64,000 nt of DNA from Auanema rhodensis. Lineage: Eukaryota; Animalia; Nematoda. The notes beneath the pieces were generated by a model. The model worked only from the letters and a program-made list of their open reading frames with translations. It was not told the origin of the DNA and made no database searches. A program made the position numbers and the translations under genes. Of this stretch, positions 41,238-54,000 are shown in pieces; position 1 is the stretch's first letter, and each line of letters opens with the position of its first letter. The stretch lies in assembly GCA_964057225.1 (NCBI GenBank), contig OZ059899.1, positions 14,012,001 through 14,076,000 on the forward strand, read 5' to 3'.

Positions 41238-44200
41238 ATGGCTAGCATTCCAGCCGGAGAAGAGCCACAAGCTTATGTTTTTGGCCCAGGTTTGAAACAT
41301 AAATTATATATTCTTAATTATATATATATATTTAAAGATTCCATTTTACTTGATTATACTGGAACATATATTCTTGTTGATGGATGTAACTCTGCACGTA
41401 GTTTCGTAAAAAATGTTAATAAAGTAAGTAAAACGTTTTCTTTTTTTTCTTTTGTTTCGTTGTAATTTTTTGAGAAAATCATATTATTTTAGGTTAGCGA
41501 AGTCATTTTATCCAACGTAAATGCATCAAGCTTGGCCTGTGTTGCTGAACAAGTTGATGTAAGTTGTTGAAGTTGTAAGCAGGGGTCGTAGTTAAATTCT
41601 CAGAAAATGACTTTTTTTCGTTATTTCCTCAAACTACGTGAGAGGGATAAAGGAGAAAGGGAAAGCAGAAAATAAAATAAAGAAGAAACTTAATTTCAAT
41701 TATAATTCTTATTTCAGAAAAATGTTCTGGCATATTCTGCTCTATCTAATTTGAAGGAAGCTGGAGCTGATGGAAGTATTCAAAGTGTGGCTCACAAAAT
41801 TCTGAAAGCTAGCCAAAAACCCGAAGCTAAATTACGATTTAACCCAAAATATGAGCCAGTATTATTAGATAAGGTACAGAATTTTATTGATTTTTTTTTT
41901 GCTGTTTTTGTTTCTTTTATAATTTTTAACAAAGAAAAATGTTTTAGAGAGGACATAACGAAGTTAAAATTCATGTTCTGGATGGGGGTCGTAAAGAATC
42001 TTTAGATGCCCTGGAAAAAGCTCTTATCAGTGGATCTGATTCTGATTTACACAACGTATTTTTTCTTTAACTATATGTATATAGTAAAATTCATTGTTAA
42101 AGGTTTCTATTCAACATGGTCTCATCTTTGTCCTTGTTTGGTCTGGCAAACATAATGAGCAGGTTAAGCGTGTATTATACACAGGTTTGTTATAATTATC
42201 TATATTTATTATATAATTAACATTGTTTTAGGTAATGCTCCTTATGATCGTCTTCTCCAAGCTTTAGAGAAAGCTTCTTCTCTTAATGTTATTGCTCGTG
42301 AGAGAGTTACTCCAGAGAATATGGCTGAACAGCCAATTGCCTCAGGCGTGTCTAAAGTTAAAGCTGTTGGTAGCTCTGCTACTGTCGTCTCTATGAAAGA
42401 TCGTCTGGCTGCTCAGAAGACTGGTGCAGCTGCTCCTACCAGAAGCAGCACTACCGGACGTTCTATAACACCTACCGGTACTGCTTCAAGCAGAAGACCA
42501 CCTACAAGCAGCGCTACTGGTCCTGCCTCCAGATCTACCAACAGATCTACAACGGCAACACCAACGGCAGCAGCCTCTCGACGTTCAGTGGTTGGAACTA
42601 CAACCACTTCTAGACTAACCTCTAAAGTAACTTTCTATTTATATTTCAACGTTCTAGTTACCTATTCTTATGTTTTAGCCAACAACATCAACCACTACTA
42701 CCAGCCGTTCAACTGCTACAGCATCGGCTCCATCCTCCAGAAACACTACCTTGAATGGTTCATCTAGAACCTCTACTACTACTACTACTACTACTGCCCC
42801 TAGAAAACCACCGTAAGCTGAACTTCTAATAAATAATTTTATTTTTTTTTTAGAACTGCAGCAACGGCCAAAACCGCTGCCACTGGTCCTACAACTCGAT
42901 CATCTGTACGAAGTGTTGCTGCTTCCTCAACCGCTGCTGCCCCACTAGCAAAGAAAGCTCCAATTCGTGGAACTACCGCAGCTGCTCCCGCACCCAAAAA
43001 AACTGGTTCAGCTTCTGCTCGTGGTGCTGCTTCAGTGCCAGCTCGTGGTGCACCAGCAAAGCCTGGACAAAAAACAGCGCCAGTACCAGTACCAGTATCT
43101 GTTCCAGCTCCAGTACCAGCACCAGCTCTCCCTGTTGAGGTTAGTTGCTTGTTTTTTGCTTTTCCCCACTTGTTTCCATTAACACATCTTTCACTAAAGT
43201 ATGATAAAGTGTTTTATTGTGAAGTTTGAAAAATCTAAAAACCAGCTTGGCAACCTATGCTAACACCTAAAACTGCCTGAAGTGCAGTGTTTTCCTAATG
43301 ACGCATGAGCATGATACACGACTTTCAAATGATTTGCGTGATTTATGTTTCATTTACCCTTAGGATTCGATCATATTCCTTGGAGAATACATTACCATCG
43401 ATGATAGCATTGACGCTAGATCCATCAAAGAACCTAATGTAGAAGCAAAGGTTTGATTTGATGCATTGATGACGCTGTTTTACGTGTTGTATCTTCTTCT
43501 AGACGACTATAAACGAGAATGAGATGACCGATATGCTTAAGTCATTAACCGTCACATCACCCAATAAAGAAACTGAAGATTCAGTTGTGATCCTTAACTC
43601 TGAATCTTATTCTGAGAATGAGAAGACGTCTGAAAAGCGTATTTCAAGCGATCAAGAGTCTAGCTCATCCATGATTATTCATGAAGATGCGCCAAAGAAA
43701 CCAGATGAAGAAGTCTCAAGCACACCATCTTCTGCTGAGGTTACTATGATCTTATGCAATGGAGATTCTGAAGCTAAGGAAACGAGTGTTTCTGAGGTTA
43801 AGGAATCTGCTGATTCTGATGTTAACGAATCCAATATCTCTGAAGTTAAAGAAGCTACTGATTCTAACACTTTGAATGCTTCTGAAACTGAGAAATCTTA
43901 TGATTCTGAGATTAAGGCCTCCAACGAGGTTGACGTTATTGAAATCGATGATTCTGACAACCATAATACCACGGCTAAAGAATCTAATGAATCTGAGGCT
44001 AAGGCTTTTAATGATTCTGAGTTCATTGATTCTGTTAGAGAATCTCCTGATTCTGCTACCAAGGAAAGCAATGAATCGAAAGCATGGGAGTCTGTTGATT
44101 CAACTACCAAGGAAATCAATGAGTATGAAGACAAGAGTTGCAATATCTCCGAGATTAAAGAATCCACTGATTCTGAAACCAAGGAAATGGATGATTCTCA

Positions 44201-46808
44201 CGATAACGAAGCTGCTGATACTACCGCAACCATTATCGATAATTCTGAATCCATTTATCCTGAAATAGTATCTTCTACTGTTGAACTTGTATCATCCGAT
44301 GACATCTATCCAGCTTCACGCGAAGATGTCGAACAAATTGCTCCAGCTCAGCTGTCAAATGAAGAGAAGAACGAAAGCTATGTGCCAATGAATTCCTTCT
44401 CTGCTGAAGCTGATTCTGAATCTCGTAACAATGATTCTACAGTATATCATAAGGATTCCGGCTACACGTCAATTGCTAATCTGTCTCAATCAGATGTTAT
44501 TGATTCAACCACAGCATTCATGAAGTTCAGAAACCCTCTTGATATATCAGATATCAAGAATTCATATTGTATGTTCAACGATACGGTTGTTTCCTCAACT
44601 GTTGATCCTCATAATGCTGCTATCGTCGGTGATATAACATGTGATAGTGTCTTAAATGAGACATTGGTTAGTTATATTAATTATATAATATTAATCAAAT
44701 ATTTAATTCAAAAAACATTTTATCTTACACAAACCTTCACAATATAATAAGCAAAGTTTTTATCCTATTTAACTACATTTACTATTTTTTCTTCTTCTGA
44801 ATAGTTACTGACGTATATTTTCAGGAGCCTCAAGAGCCACAGGTGCCACAGGTGCCACAAGAGCCTCAAGAGCCTCAAGAGCCTGGAACTAATGGTCTTC
44901 TTGATAACATCGAAGAGCCAGTTCGCCTTAGACGTATCAGCATGGACACTGATAAGATTGAGGAACAATTGGCCAACATGAACATTGAAGCTGCTGCTGA
45001 ACAGGTGAGACTATAACCAGTTTTCATTGAATTATATATTTCTTTTTTTCAAGATTTCTCAACCCATTATGGAAGCTGTTGCTGATGAGCTAGCCCGTGA
45101 AGCCATTGCTCCAGCTTTGGAAGAGCTACAAGCTTCAAGCCAAGAACAGAATGAAGTTCCTGTTATTGAAGAGCCAACTGCTCCAGCTCACGAAGAAGTA
45201 CATGCCCCAATCTCTGATGAGCCAACAGCTCCAATTTGCGAAGAAGTACAAGCTCCAGTTTCTGAAGAACCCGTATCTCATGATGTTGATGAGCCATCAG
45301 CTCCCGAAGAATCAGCCGCTCCAGTTGTCGAGGAACTAGCGGCACCAGTTAATGAAGAGCCAATAGCTCACGATTCCGAAGAGCCCACAGTTGAAACTGA
45401 GACAACTATAGAAGAGGAAAAGCTTTCGGTTGAAGAGCAGACTCGCAAGATTAGTCAACATCTGATTGAGACTGCTCCAACCGAGATTACATCTGCTTTG
45501 GCATCATCTATGATGGAAGGAATGATGAATGCTGCTGCTCATTTAGCTAGTAGTAGCCCTGTTAGTTACTAAAATATTTTATATTTTATGAAATTATGAT
45601 ATTACAGTTGAATGATTTGATTGAAATCGCTCATGAAGTCAAGGATGATGTTAAGGAAGGACTCAATAACAGTGAGCCGGTCAGTGATAAGGTGTGTGTT
45701 GCTTTTTGTGCTTCGTTGCAAGCGTCTCTGTGCGTGTGCTTGCATTGTATCGTTTCGATGCAGCTGCTGTTACATTCTCTGTCAACCTTTATATGGTCTC
45801 TAAGCACCCCAATTCTCACTAGTTAACGGCTTAAGGCATTAGCTACATTCTTATTCTCCAGCATTGTTAAGCTTGAAGTCTGAATCTAGCACATAGAAGC
45901 TTTAATCCACAAATTGTCAGAGAATTCATGAGAATCTGACATTCTGTGGTTGCGTTAATGATTGTATTGTGTGATGGACAATATATTTTCAGTTGATGGC
46001 TATGCAATCCAGATCGAGTGTTGTGTCGGCTCAACCAGAAGATGGAAATGTTGTCTATGAGCAGGTTCGATGAAACAAAACTTTTTGCAATGACGTCTAT
46101 GCTTCAGCCTGATCCCGTCATTGGCGACATTCTGGAGACTGTAGCTGCCGATTCTGAGCGTATAGATAACGATGCTGACAAGAAAAGTACCATCAACATC
46201 TTCGACACCAGCAGCTCCGTTCGTCAATACTGGACAGTAACTAACAGAGGTCGTCTGTTATACGCTGGTCTAGAACCATGTATAACAAGTTAAAAATTTC
46301 AGGAAATGGCCCATACTTGAAGAAGGAGCGCTACTTCGAGTTGACTACTGTACCTCATAGTGGAGATAAATGTACTTTGAAGAGTTTAGATGAAGCTTGT
46401 AACTATTTCCATTCAATTAGGTAAATATTGATTAGTTTAATGGTTAAAGAGAAAAATATATTAAGATCAAAGAACTACATTCTTGCCAGTGAAGATTTGC
46501 CAATGTACGTCTTGGAAGGCTGGCTTGAAGCCAAAAAGGGCTGGGGAAATCCAGGTTTGTAGACTGTTTTATCAAATTAATTGCTCACGAATATAATCTC
46601 GATAATTGAACAAATCTAATGTTCAGAAATGGCTACTGCTCTGATTCCTACCGTACCTACCACCTGCTTGTCAACATTCACAGAGAGTCACGCTGCTGAG
46701 CTTGCTGCTCAACACATGAGCATTCCTGCTCCAATCACGAATTCTCACATTACTGTACAATATGAGAGTGGACAAGAGAAATTCAATATAATTAGGCTGA
46801 AGTTGTAG
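41238..46808 (+). CDS. maph-1: MAP1 (MAP1A/B/S, Futsch)-family microtubule-associated protein, C. elegans MAPH-1-like; about 19 coding exons
   Basis: The N-terminal AYVFGPDSILLDYTGTYILVDG...LVW...KRVLYTGNAPYDRLLQALEK resembles the MAP1 N-terminal domain. It is followed by a basic S/T/A/P-rich region and acidic repeats, then QSRSSVV...YEQPDPVIGDIL, and a light-chain-like C-terminus YFELTTVP...FHSIRSKNYILAS...WLEAKKGWGNP...LIPT ending IIRLKL* (TAG 46806-46808). The start could instead be the in-frame ATG at 41214. Confidence 0.85.
43503..44666 (+). CDS. maph-1: Large acidic, internally repetitive exon of the maph-1-like gene (388 codons, phase 0-0; candidate cassette)
   Basis: ttctag acceptor and ttg|gttagt donor; 1164 nt, divisible by 3. 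Degenerate repeats include EVKESADS, EVKEATDS, KESNES and EIKESTDS. Confidence 0.75.
44825..44884 (+). repeat. Coding 9-bp tandem repeat (EPQ/VPQ, ~6.5 copies) in the maph-1-like gene
   Basis: gagcctcaa gagccacag gtgccacag gtgccacaa gagcctcaa gagcctcaa gagcct. Confidence 0.85.
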
Positions 46809-47966
46809 ATAGTTGAGAGTTTCTTTTGAAATAATTAAGTTAATTATGCCATAATTGGTAGACTGGTATATATAGACTGAGTTATAATATTCTAATTATT
46901 CTAATTTTATTTTACCGCATTTTCTACTCAATCTTACGTCCCCCCCCGTCCCTTTTTTTTCTTTTTTTCCCCCGTCCTCTTTTCAAATTTTCGTCAACCT
47001 GACCCCTAATTCTCCAGATTCATGTAATGCTTGTAAACATTGAACTGTTATCAATCAACATGAGCTTGTTCACCCATTTGTAACCTTTTTTTAATTTTCA
47101 GTGTATATATAATTATAATTATCATTTACGCGGAGAAAAAAAAACTTTTTTTTTTAATTTTTATTTTCATGTTTTTAGAAATCTGAAGAGATTTGTTTTG
47201 AATATTTAAGAATGTACAAGATATTAAGAGAACAAAGACAAAAAAAAGAAAAAAATCATACATGACATAGACAAATCAATAATAGATTTACAGAAATAGT
47301 ATTGAATAAGTTGTAACATTCGAATATACTGAATGGAACAACATAGGAAAGTGTATATCTTAGCATGATATCTAAGAGAAAGTTCATGTCTATTATTACA
47401 TTCACTGGGTAAACAAAGATAAATCAATTGTTTGTTTGTTTGTTTATTTGTTTGTATTTTTAATATAAAATTGAATTATTACGATTGTAAACACGTACTC
47501 CCCTGAAAGAAATCTCGAAAAAGATGAAATTGTCGGCGTTTTTGTTTCAAAAGAGAAAGTGATAGAGAGAGAGAGAGAGAAAATTTGATATTATGCTGAA
47601 TATTTGCATCCATGTTCCCGATATATGATAGATTATGATGCAAAATCAGAGAAAAAAAGATAAAGAGAAAAAGAAAATGTATGATGATGATGATGATGTA
47701 AAATCTCTGACAATTCATATATAATTACTATTGAGCTAGAGCTAAATTGAAGATTATATAAACTATATGATATAGTCAAGAGATATATACACAGAAGGGA
47801 AGATAAAGAGAGAAAGGTAATACCTGTAGATGAGTTGTCAAGGTGAATAACATGCTTAGGGACGCTACAGTATGAAGCATTGCTAATGAATCTCACATTA
47901 CTTGGAAGGACTAGATGAGAAGAAAATGGGATTTTTTTTGATAAGCTTATCAGATATTATACTAAC

Positions 47967-48034
47967 ATGCTCGTTTTCGCCTCATCTTCATGCGCATGCT
48001 TTAAGCTATCACATGAAGAATGAGCGATGAGCAT
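47967..48034 (-). other. Long imperfect hairpin in the fhod-1 3'UTR
   Basis: Minus strand atgctcatcgctcattcttcatgtg-atagcttaaagcatg-cgcatgaagatgaggcgaaaacgagcat pairs over roughly 25 bp by manual alignment. Confidence 0.6.
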
Positions 48035-48095
48035 ACTGATGAGTAATCTCAGCCAAATATGGCACACGTATTGGCAAAGTTGAGCTTTTGAGCAT

Positions 48096-51000
48096 TTAAT
48101 ATTCAGTTTCTAACTGGCCATCAACCAATTTCAATGTCCGGGTACGACGAACTGTAATAAGTATAATAACTATATGAAATATAAATTTTAATTTACATAC
48201 GTGATTTCCGATTGAACTGTCTTGCTTTGCGACGGTGATCACGAGCTTCGGTCTGAAGCGTAGCTGCCTTTGCCAAACTGTTCAAAATTTCGTCATCGGG
48301 AGAATCACCCTCTCCAACATCAGCTGAATAATACATAGTTATAAATTAAATATATATATACATCAATATAATCCTTAACTACACAACTAATATTACAAAT
48401 TAAATACCTGGTGGACTGGCTTTGATAGTTCGATCAGGTGTTGGACGACCACGTCGTCTCAATGTGTTGTCACCATCAGCTAATCCTTCCAAGAAGCGTT
48501 GCATCTCATCGTGACGCTAAAAACAAATAATTATAATTCATATATGAATATATTGATTGATTCTGATAAAACTTGAATGTAAAACAAAAAGCTTTTAGAC
48601 TTACATCAAGAGAATCAGTAGCTGGCTTCGCTGGTGCTATGCCACGACGTGCGATAGGCTTTGTCTCTTCACTAGCTCTACCATCTAATGCCCATATCTT
48701 TCCTCTGAAATTCAATATAGTTATAATAATTAAATATGTTTATATAATTAATAAAATATAAATTAATTAATAAAAGTCTTTACCTGGTCTTATTACGTTC
48801 TCGTTTCTCAGCAATACGTTTTCTCATTTGTAATATCTTATCACGAGTAGTACGATATTCGAGAGCGAATTCAGTAACCTGAAACATATAATTTGAAATA
48901 AAGCTGTAAAATTCACATGATTACCATCTTGAATACATCATTAGGTTGTGTATCGGGAATTTCTTGAACAGTATAGCCAAAGTAGAGAAGGAATGCATGC
49001 CATCTGAAACATGGATGTGATGTGTCTCCTCTGTTAGGATTGATGACTGATGAAAACTAACCGATGTTTTGCAATACGATAGATGTCATTTAGTTGATGA
49101 ATACGTTCAGCAACATCAATCAGATATAAATTAATTTTATTCTTCATTGTTGAATCATTTTTGGCTATCTTAGCCAAATAGTCCCAACTGGATTTGCATT
49201 CCTTTTCTAATCGCTTCAAATTCTCAAATAATTCCTTATAATCAATCTGTAAGTAGATGATTAACTTCTATATCAGCAGTATTCAAGCTTTTCAGCATAC
49301 CCTAGAACTACGAGCAACTGCTCCAAATTCAGAATACAGATCAGTTCCTTCTGGATAATTTTCAAGCATGTATTCAGCTAAATGATGTGTCAACGGCTGC
49401 TTATTCACCGGATCTTTAACTTCTGAAGCTTTCGTCAAATAATCCAAATAGAATCCTTTGATCTAAAAATGAGATGATTCGCATCATACTGTATTGCATC
49501 ATCTGATGCTAAAGCTATACCTCAGTTCCACTCAATGTATTACCAATAGCTAACAGCATAGCCATAGCTGTTTTGAATGTTTTTGATTCTTCCATCTCTT
49601 TCATAGCTAATTGTAAATCCATTAATGGTTCAGCAATGTCCTGCAACAATGCAGCTTGTGTTCAGTTTTTTATTCAAAATTTTCAAGTTTTACTATTTAG
49701 AGTAAGTTGGAATAATTTCAATAATTACAAAATAAGTACCTTTTCAACATTTTTGTATTCAAGCGTGAACAGCCATAACTTCAGACGTTCTAATAAGCTG
49801 GGAATCTGTGATAATTTCAAGAGGAATTGTTCCGCCTGTCCTAGTTGCATATCAGGATTTTCAGCTGATTTTTGTTCAATTTCTTCGATTTCTTTCGATG
49901 TTGGCATCATAGTACGAAGAATCTTTTCAATACCCTCCTTATTCAAGACCATTGAATCAAATTTCTGTAAGTTATTACTCAATTTTGAATTATTATCTGA
50001 ACGAACCATGATAGCTGCAGGAATAACACTGGTTGGGGGAAGTTTAGTTAAACCAATATGAATAGCTTGTGATCGCTTCATTGGTAAAACAGCAAGAATT
50101 TGAGGCTTAGACTCATTAACCTTCTTAAATATAATATAATTATAAATAAACTATAAGTATATAGTTAATGCATACCTTTACTTGAACCTCCTTCTGTTGT
50201 TTAGCCTCGAAGAGCTTGACTAAGCGCTCCGGGTTGAACTGAGGAGTTTCTAATTTTGTCCAGAAGGTACCCTTTTCACGTAATTGAGGCACAGATGAAG
50301 TGTCAGCTGTTGTAGGCTTCCAATGAAGCTTCAATACTCCCTTGTTTGATGGCCCAGGACTGGTCTCTCGACGGAAGTTAAGTGGCGGAGGTGGTGGAAC
50401 ACCGCCTGGAGGTAATGGAGGAGCTGGTGGAGCAACACCACCGAACCCTTGTACTGAAAACATTGAATTTTCAGATTATTATATTATACTATATCATATA
50501 AATTATAACAATAACATGCAAAATAACTAATAGAAGTTTAAGCTTACATCGTGGTGGCAGTGGTATTCCACCTGGTGGAGGAGGTGGTGGGATTGCAGAA
50601 TTTCTCATTGAGTTCTTCTCTTGCATTTGAGCCATACGAGCCATAACCAAAGGATCTTGCTCGTACTCAGAACCATGGAATTCACTAAAATCTAAGTCAT
50701 TGATGATCAATGGCCGCGATTTTAGGTTTTCAGCTGCCTAAACGATACACATGGTTAACATTGAAAACTATATGATCTATATAACCTTTTTCCATTGCTG
50801 TTCAGCTTCTGTTTCACGTGGAGCAAAAGCATCACGATTACTTTCAGCAGCTTTAGCAGCTTTACGTTGAAGTAACGAAGCAAAATCGCCTCCTCCTTCA
50901 TCACGTACAATCTAAGATATAATTGAAAATAACTTAAAATCAATATAAACTAATACCTTTGCTTTTGGTGGAGTTGAACGTGCTGGTTCAGGCTCTTTAA

Positions 51001-54000
51001 TTGGCTCAGGGAAGTCCATCACTTTAGATTCTGTTGGCGAGAATAAGGCTGGGAATGATGGTGGTGGAGCTTTAACCTGAAGTGAATTCTGATATCAAAT
51101 ATTTTAAATTAATAAATGATATTTACAAGTTTTTCTTCGGCAGATTCATCCGGACGTTCATTTTCTTGATTTTCGACCAAACGAAGTGGCTCAGGTACTT
51201 TCTTACTATCAACATTTTCAGCTTCATCCATAATATTTTTCTAAAATATGAATGTTAACTTGAAATTTTGAAGAATTCGATGGCATACTGTAGCTTCCTT
51301 CGCAGCAGCAATCTCATTCCTCCACGGTAATGACGATTTTGGTGATTCGGGGACTTCTCTGGAACAAAGAAAAAAGTAAGAAGAGTAATGAAAATTAAAG
51401 GAAAAAAATGGGAAAAGCAACCAGTTGTCTGGCTATCTCATTTGAAAATAAGAATTACGTGATCACGTTGAATTCACGTGAATTTCACGTAACGTTACAC
51501 GTAATCAAATATTTGGAATGTAATGTAATTAGAAGTATTCATAAACATACTCTTGTGATTTATTGAATAAGCCACGATTCTGATTGAAGGCAGCATGTTC
51601 TCGTTGGCGTTCACGTGCTTCTTGATGACGACGACGCATAGTTGATCGACGATCTGAAGATGCATCACCAGCCCGCATAGACATTTGAGAAGGTGTTCTG
51701 AATCGCGAATAGATGTAATAAGAATGAAAGAATTACTTAAACAATTCTTTTTCATTAATATTTTTATAATTAATTTAAAAATTATGATAATTGAGACTGA
51801 ACAGTAAAGTAGGATCAAACACATGTAAGTAACACGTCAAAGAAGTAATATAACAAGAGAATTATCACGCAAAGGTCAGAAGAAGACACTCTTTGATAAG
51901 CTTAATGGAAATTAAAAATGTTATTAGACTTACCCATAATTCGATTCGAGATCTAGTCGATCATCTTCGTCGTCGTGGGATGATGAGGTTGTTGATGCGC
52001 GCATCTCATCAGAGCGATAGATGGACGTCGCTTTCGGACTATTAGTATTCAATCCAATCGTTGGCAGCACTGATGTCGGTGAGACTGATCTAGTGCGCTC
52101 CCATGAGCGCTGATGATCAGATAATGCTGTATCAGCATGATATGCTGATGAACTATCTTCATCATATTGACTGCTACTGCTTGCTGGCACCGCTGCAGCT
52201 GTCGATGTGGAAGCAGTTGATGCTCGAGGCAGCGAGCTACGACCGAGCAAACACTCCGTGTATGGCCATCCGTTTGGATTACCTGTAGAAGCTGTTGATA
52301 TGCTACTTGTTGGTGTAGATGTAGGGACACCATGTACTGATGAGGCAGATGATGAGCAGCTACTAGCGGAGTTCAAAGCAGATGATATGCGCGAAATCGC
52401 ATCTGATGAGATAGAAGTATTGACATTTTGCTGTAGATGTGATGCTGTTGAAGACACAAAGCCAGGTGATGACGGTAGGACAAGCCTACGTGATTCGAAT
52501 GTTGATGACCCCATAGATGAGGAATAGCCATCATCAGGGTTGGATAAAGCAGATGAGGTATCGCCACTGCTACTACTACATCTATCAACTGATGGGCGTC
52601 TACTCGATGAGATGGATGTTGCATTGGATGAAGCTACAGTTGATGTCAAATGCTTGAGACCATAAGAAGATGTTGCCGAATCAGCTGATGGAGATATAGG
52701 AGGTGAAGTATTGATAGGAGATTTTGGTACTCGATCACAGCTAACACGACGTCTAAATTGAAGAAAAACACATAAAATCGGAACATGCGGTATTGAAAGG
52801 AAAAACATTTTCAAAGAATTATTTGAAAATAACAGCAAACAGAGTTAAAAGTTGATTGTACAAAGGTTCAATTCAAAAATTGATACTTATGCTTAAGTCC
52901 CCCTTCTCCTTTATTGCTTGTTCAAGCTTAGTCTCAACATATAACCGGCAATTGCTCAGCACGTACGTCTAATCCTAAGTTTGAACTCAATCACATGAAA
53001 GAGATAAGAAGAAAGGAGCAAAATCATAAGAACTTCAAACTTCAAATATCAATTTCATGCGGAAAGCAAAAGAAAACTTTGAATAAACAAACAAACAAAC
53101 AAACAAAGGTTTTTCCATTTTTTGGATTGAAATTTCTTTGAATCTTATGAATAGAATGACGTACCTCATCTTAGCATTGAGACTTGAATCATCATCGCTG
53201 TTCGTTCCACGTTCATCTTCTTGATTGACTTCACGCTCATATAGCTTACACTGTTCTAGAAGTTCACGATTTCCTGTCTTTTGCAGATTCTTCATCACAT
53301 CTTCCATTTGCAGACTATCAAGTGTATCAACAGCATCGTAAAATGTATCCTGAACTCATGTTCAAGCTTAGAACTTGAAATCATTTTATAAATGGTTATA
53401 CCCTATCAGGAATTCCATGTAATGCCTTGTTGATCACAGTCATACCATATACAAGTGTTTCCGGATCTGGAGATTCTTTCTCCGAAATAACTTTCATTAA
53501 GCCAGTCCAATCAGGTTGCTCTATAAGTAATTCAAAAGCTTAAAACTTGATACTAGCATCAATTCAAACCTTTCTTTCTATCAACAGCTGATATAGCAGC
53601 AAGTACTAGAAGAGCATTATTATCGTTATATTCAATGAATACAAGCAAAAGCTTTAATGATGTTTTAACAACCAATCGAAACTGAAAAACATGACAAATA
53701 AACTTTCAAGTTTTAAAGTTTTAATAAAAACAAAACACATAATAACATATATAACATATAAGTTAAATAATATTCCTACCCATTCCATACGATACGGACT
53801 CATTTCACGAGCTTCAAGAGGATCATATAACTGAAAAAGACATGGACATGGACTTAAGACATTCGATTCAGACAACACATAGTACAAAAAAATCTTTAAA
53901 ACTTACTGGAGAATCAAGAAGCTCATAAAGCCATTGAATAGTTGGATTATGAGCTATTATGCCATTCATGCCATCCACGTACAGCATAACTTGACCCAAT

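Noticed and set aside
47967-48034. SECIS interpretation of the fhod-1 3'UTR hairpin (tempting given the in-frame TGA at 56179-56177)
   Set aside because: It lacks a properly spaced RUGA/GA quartet with an 11-12 bp helix below the AA loop.
51514-51540. TGGAATGTAA, resembling miR-1
   Set aside because: It diverges after 10 nt and has no precursor hairpin; as a target site it is intronic.
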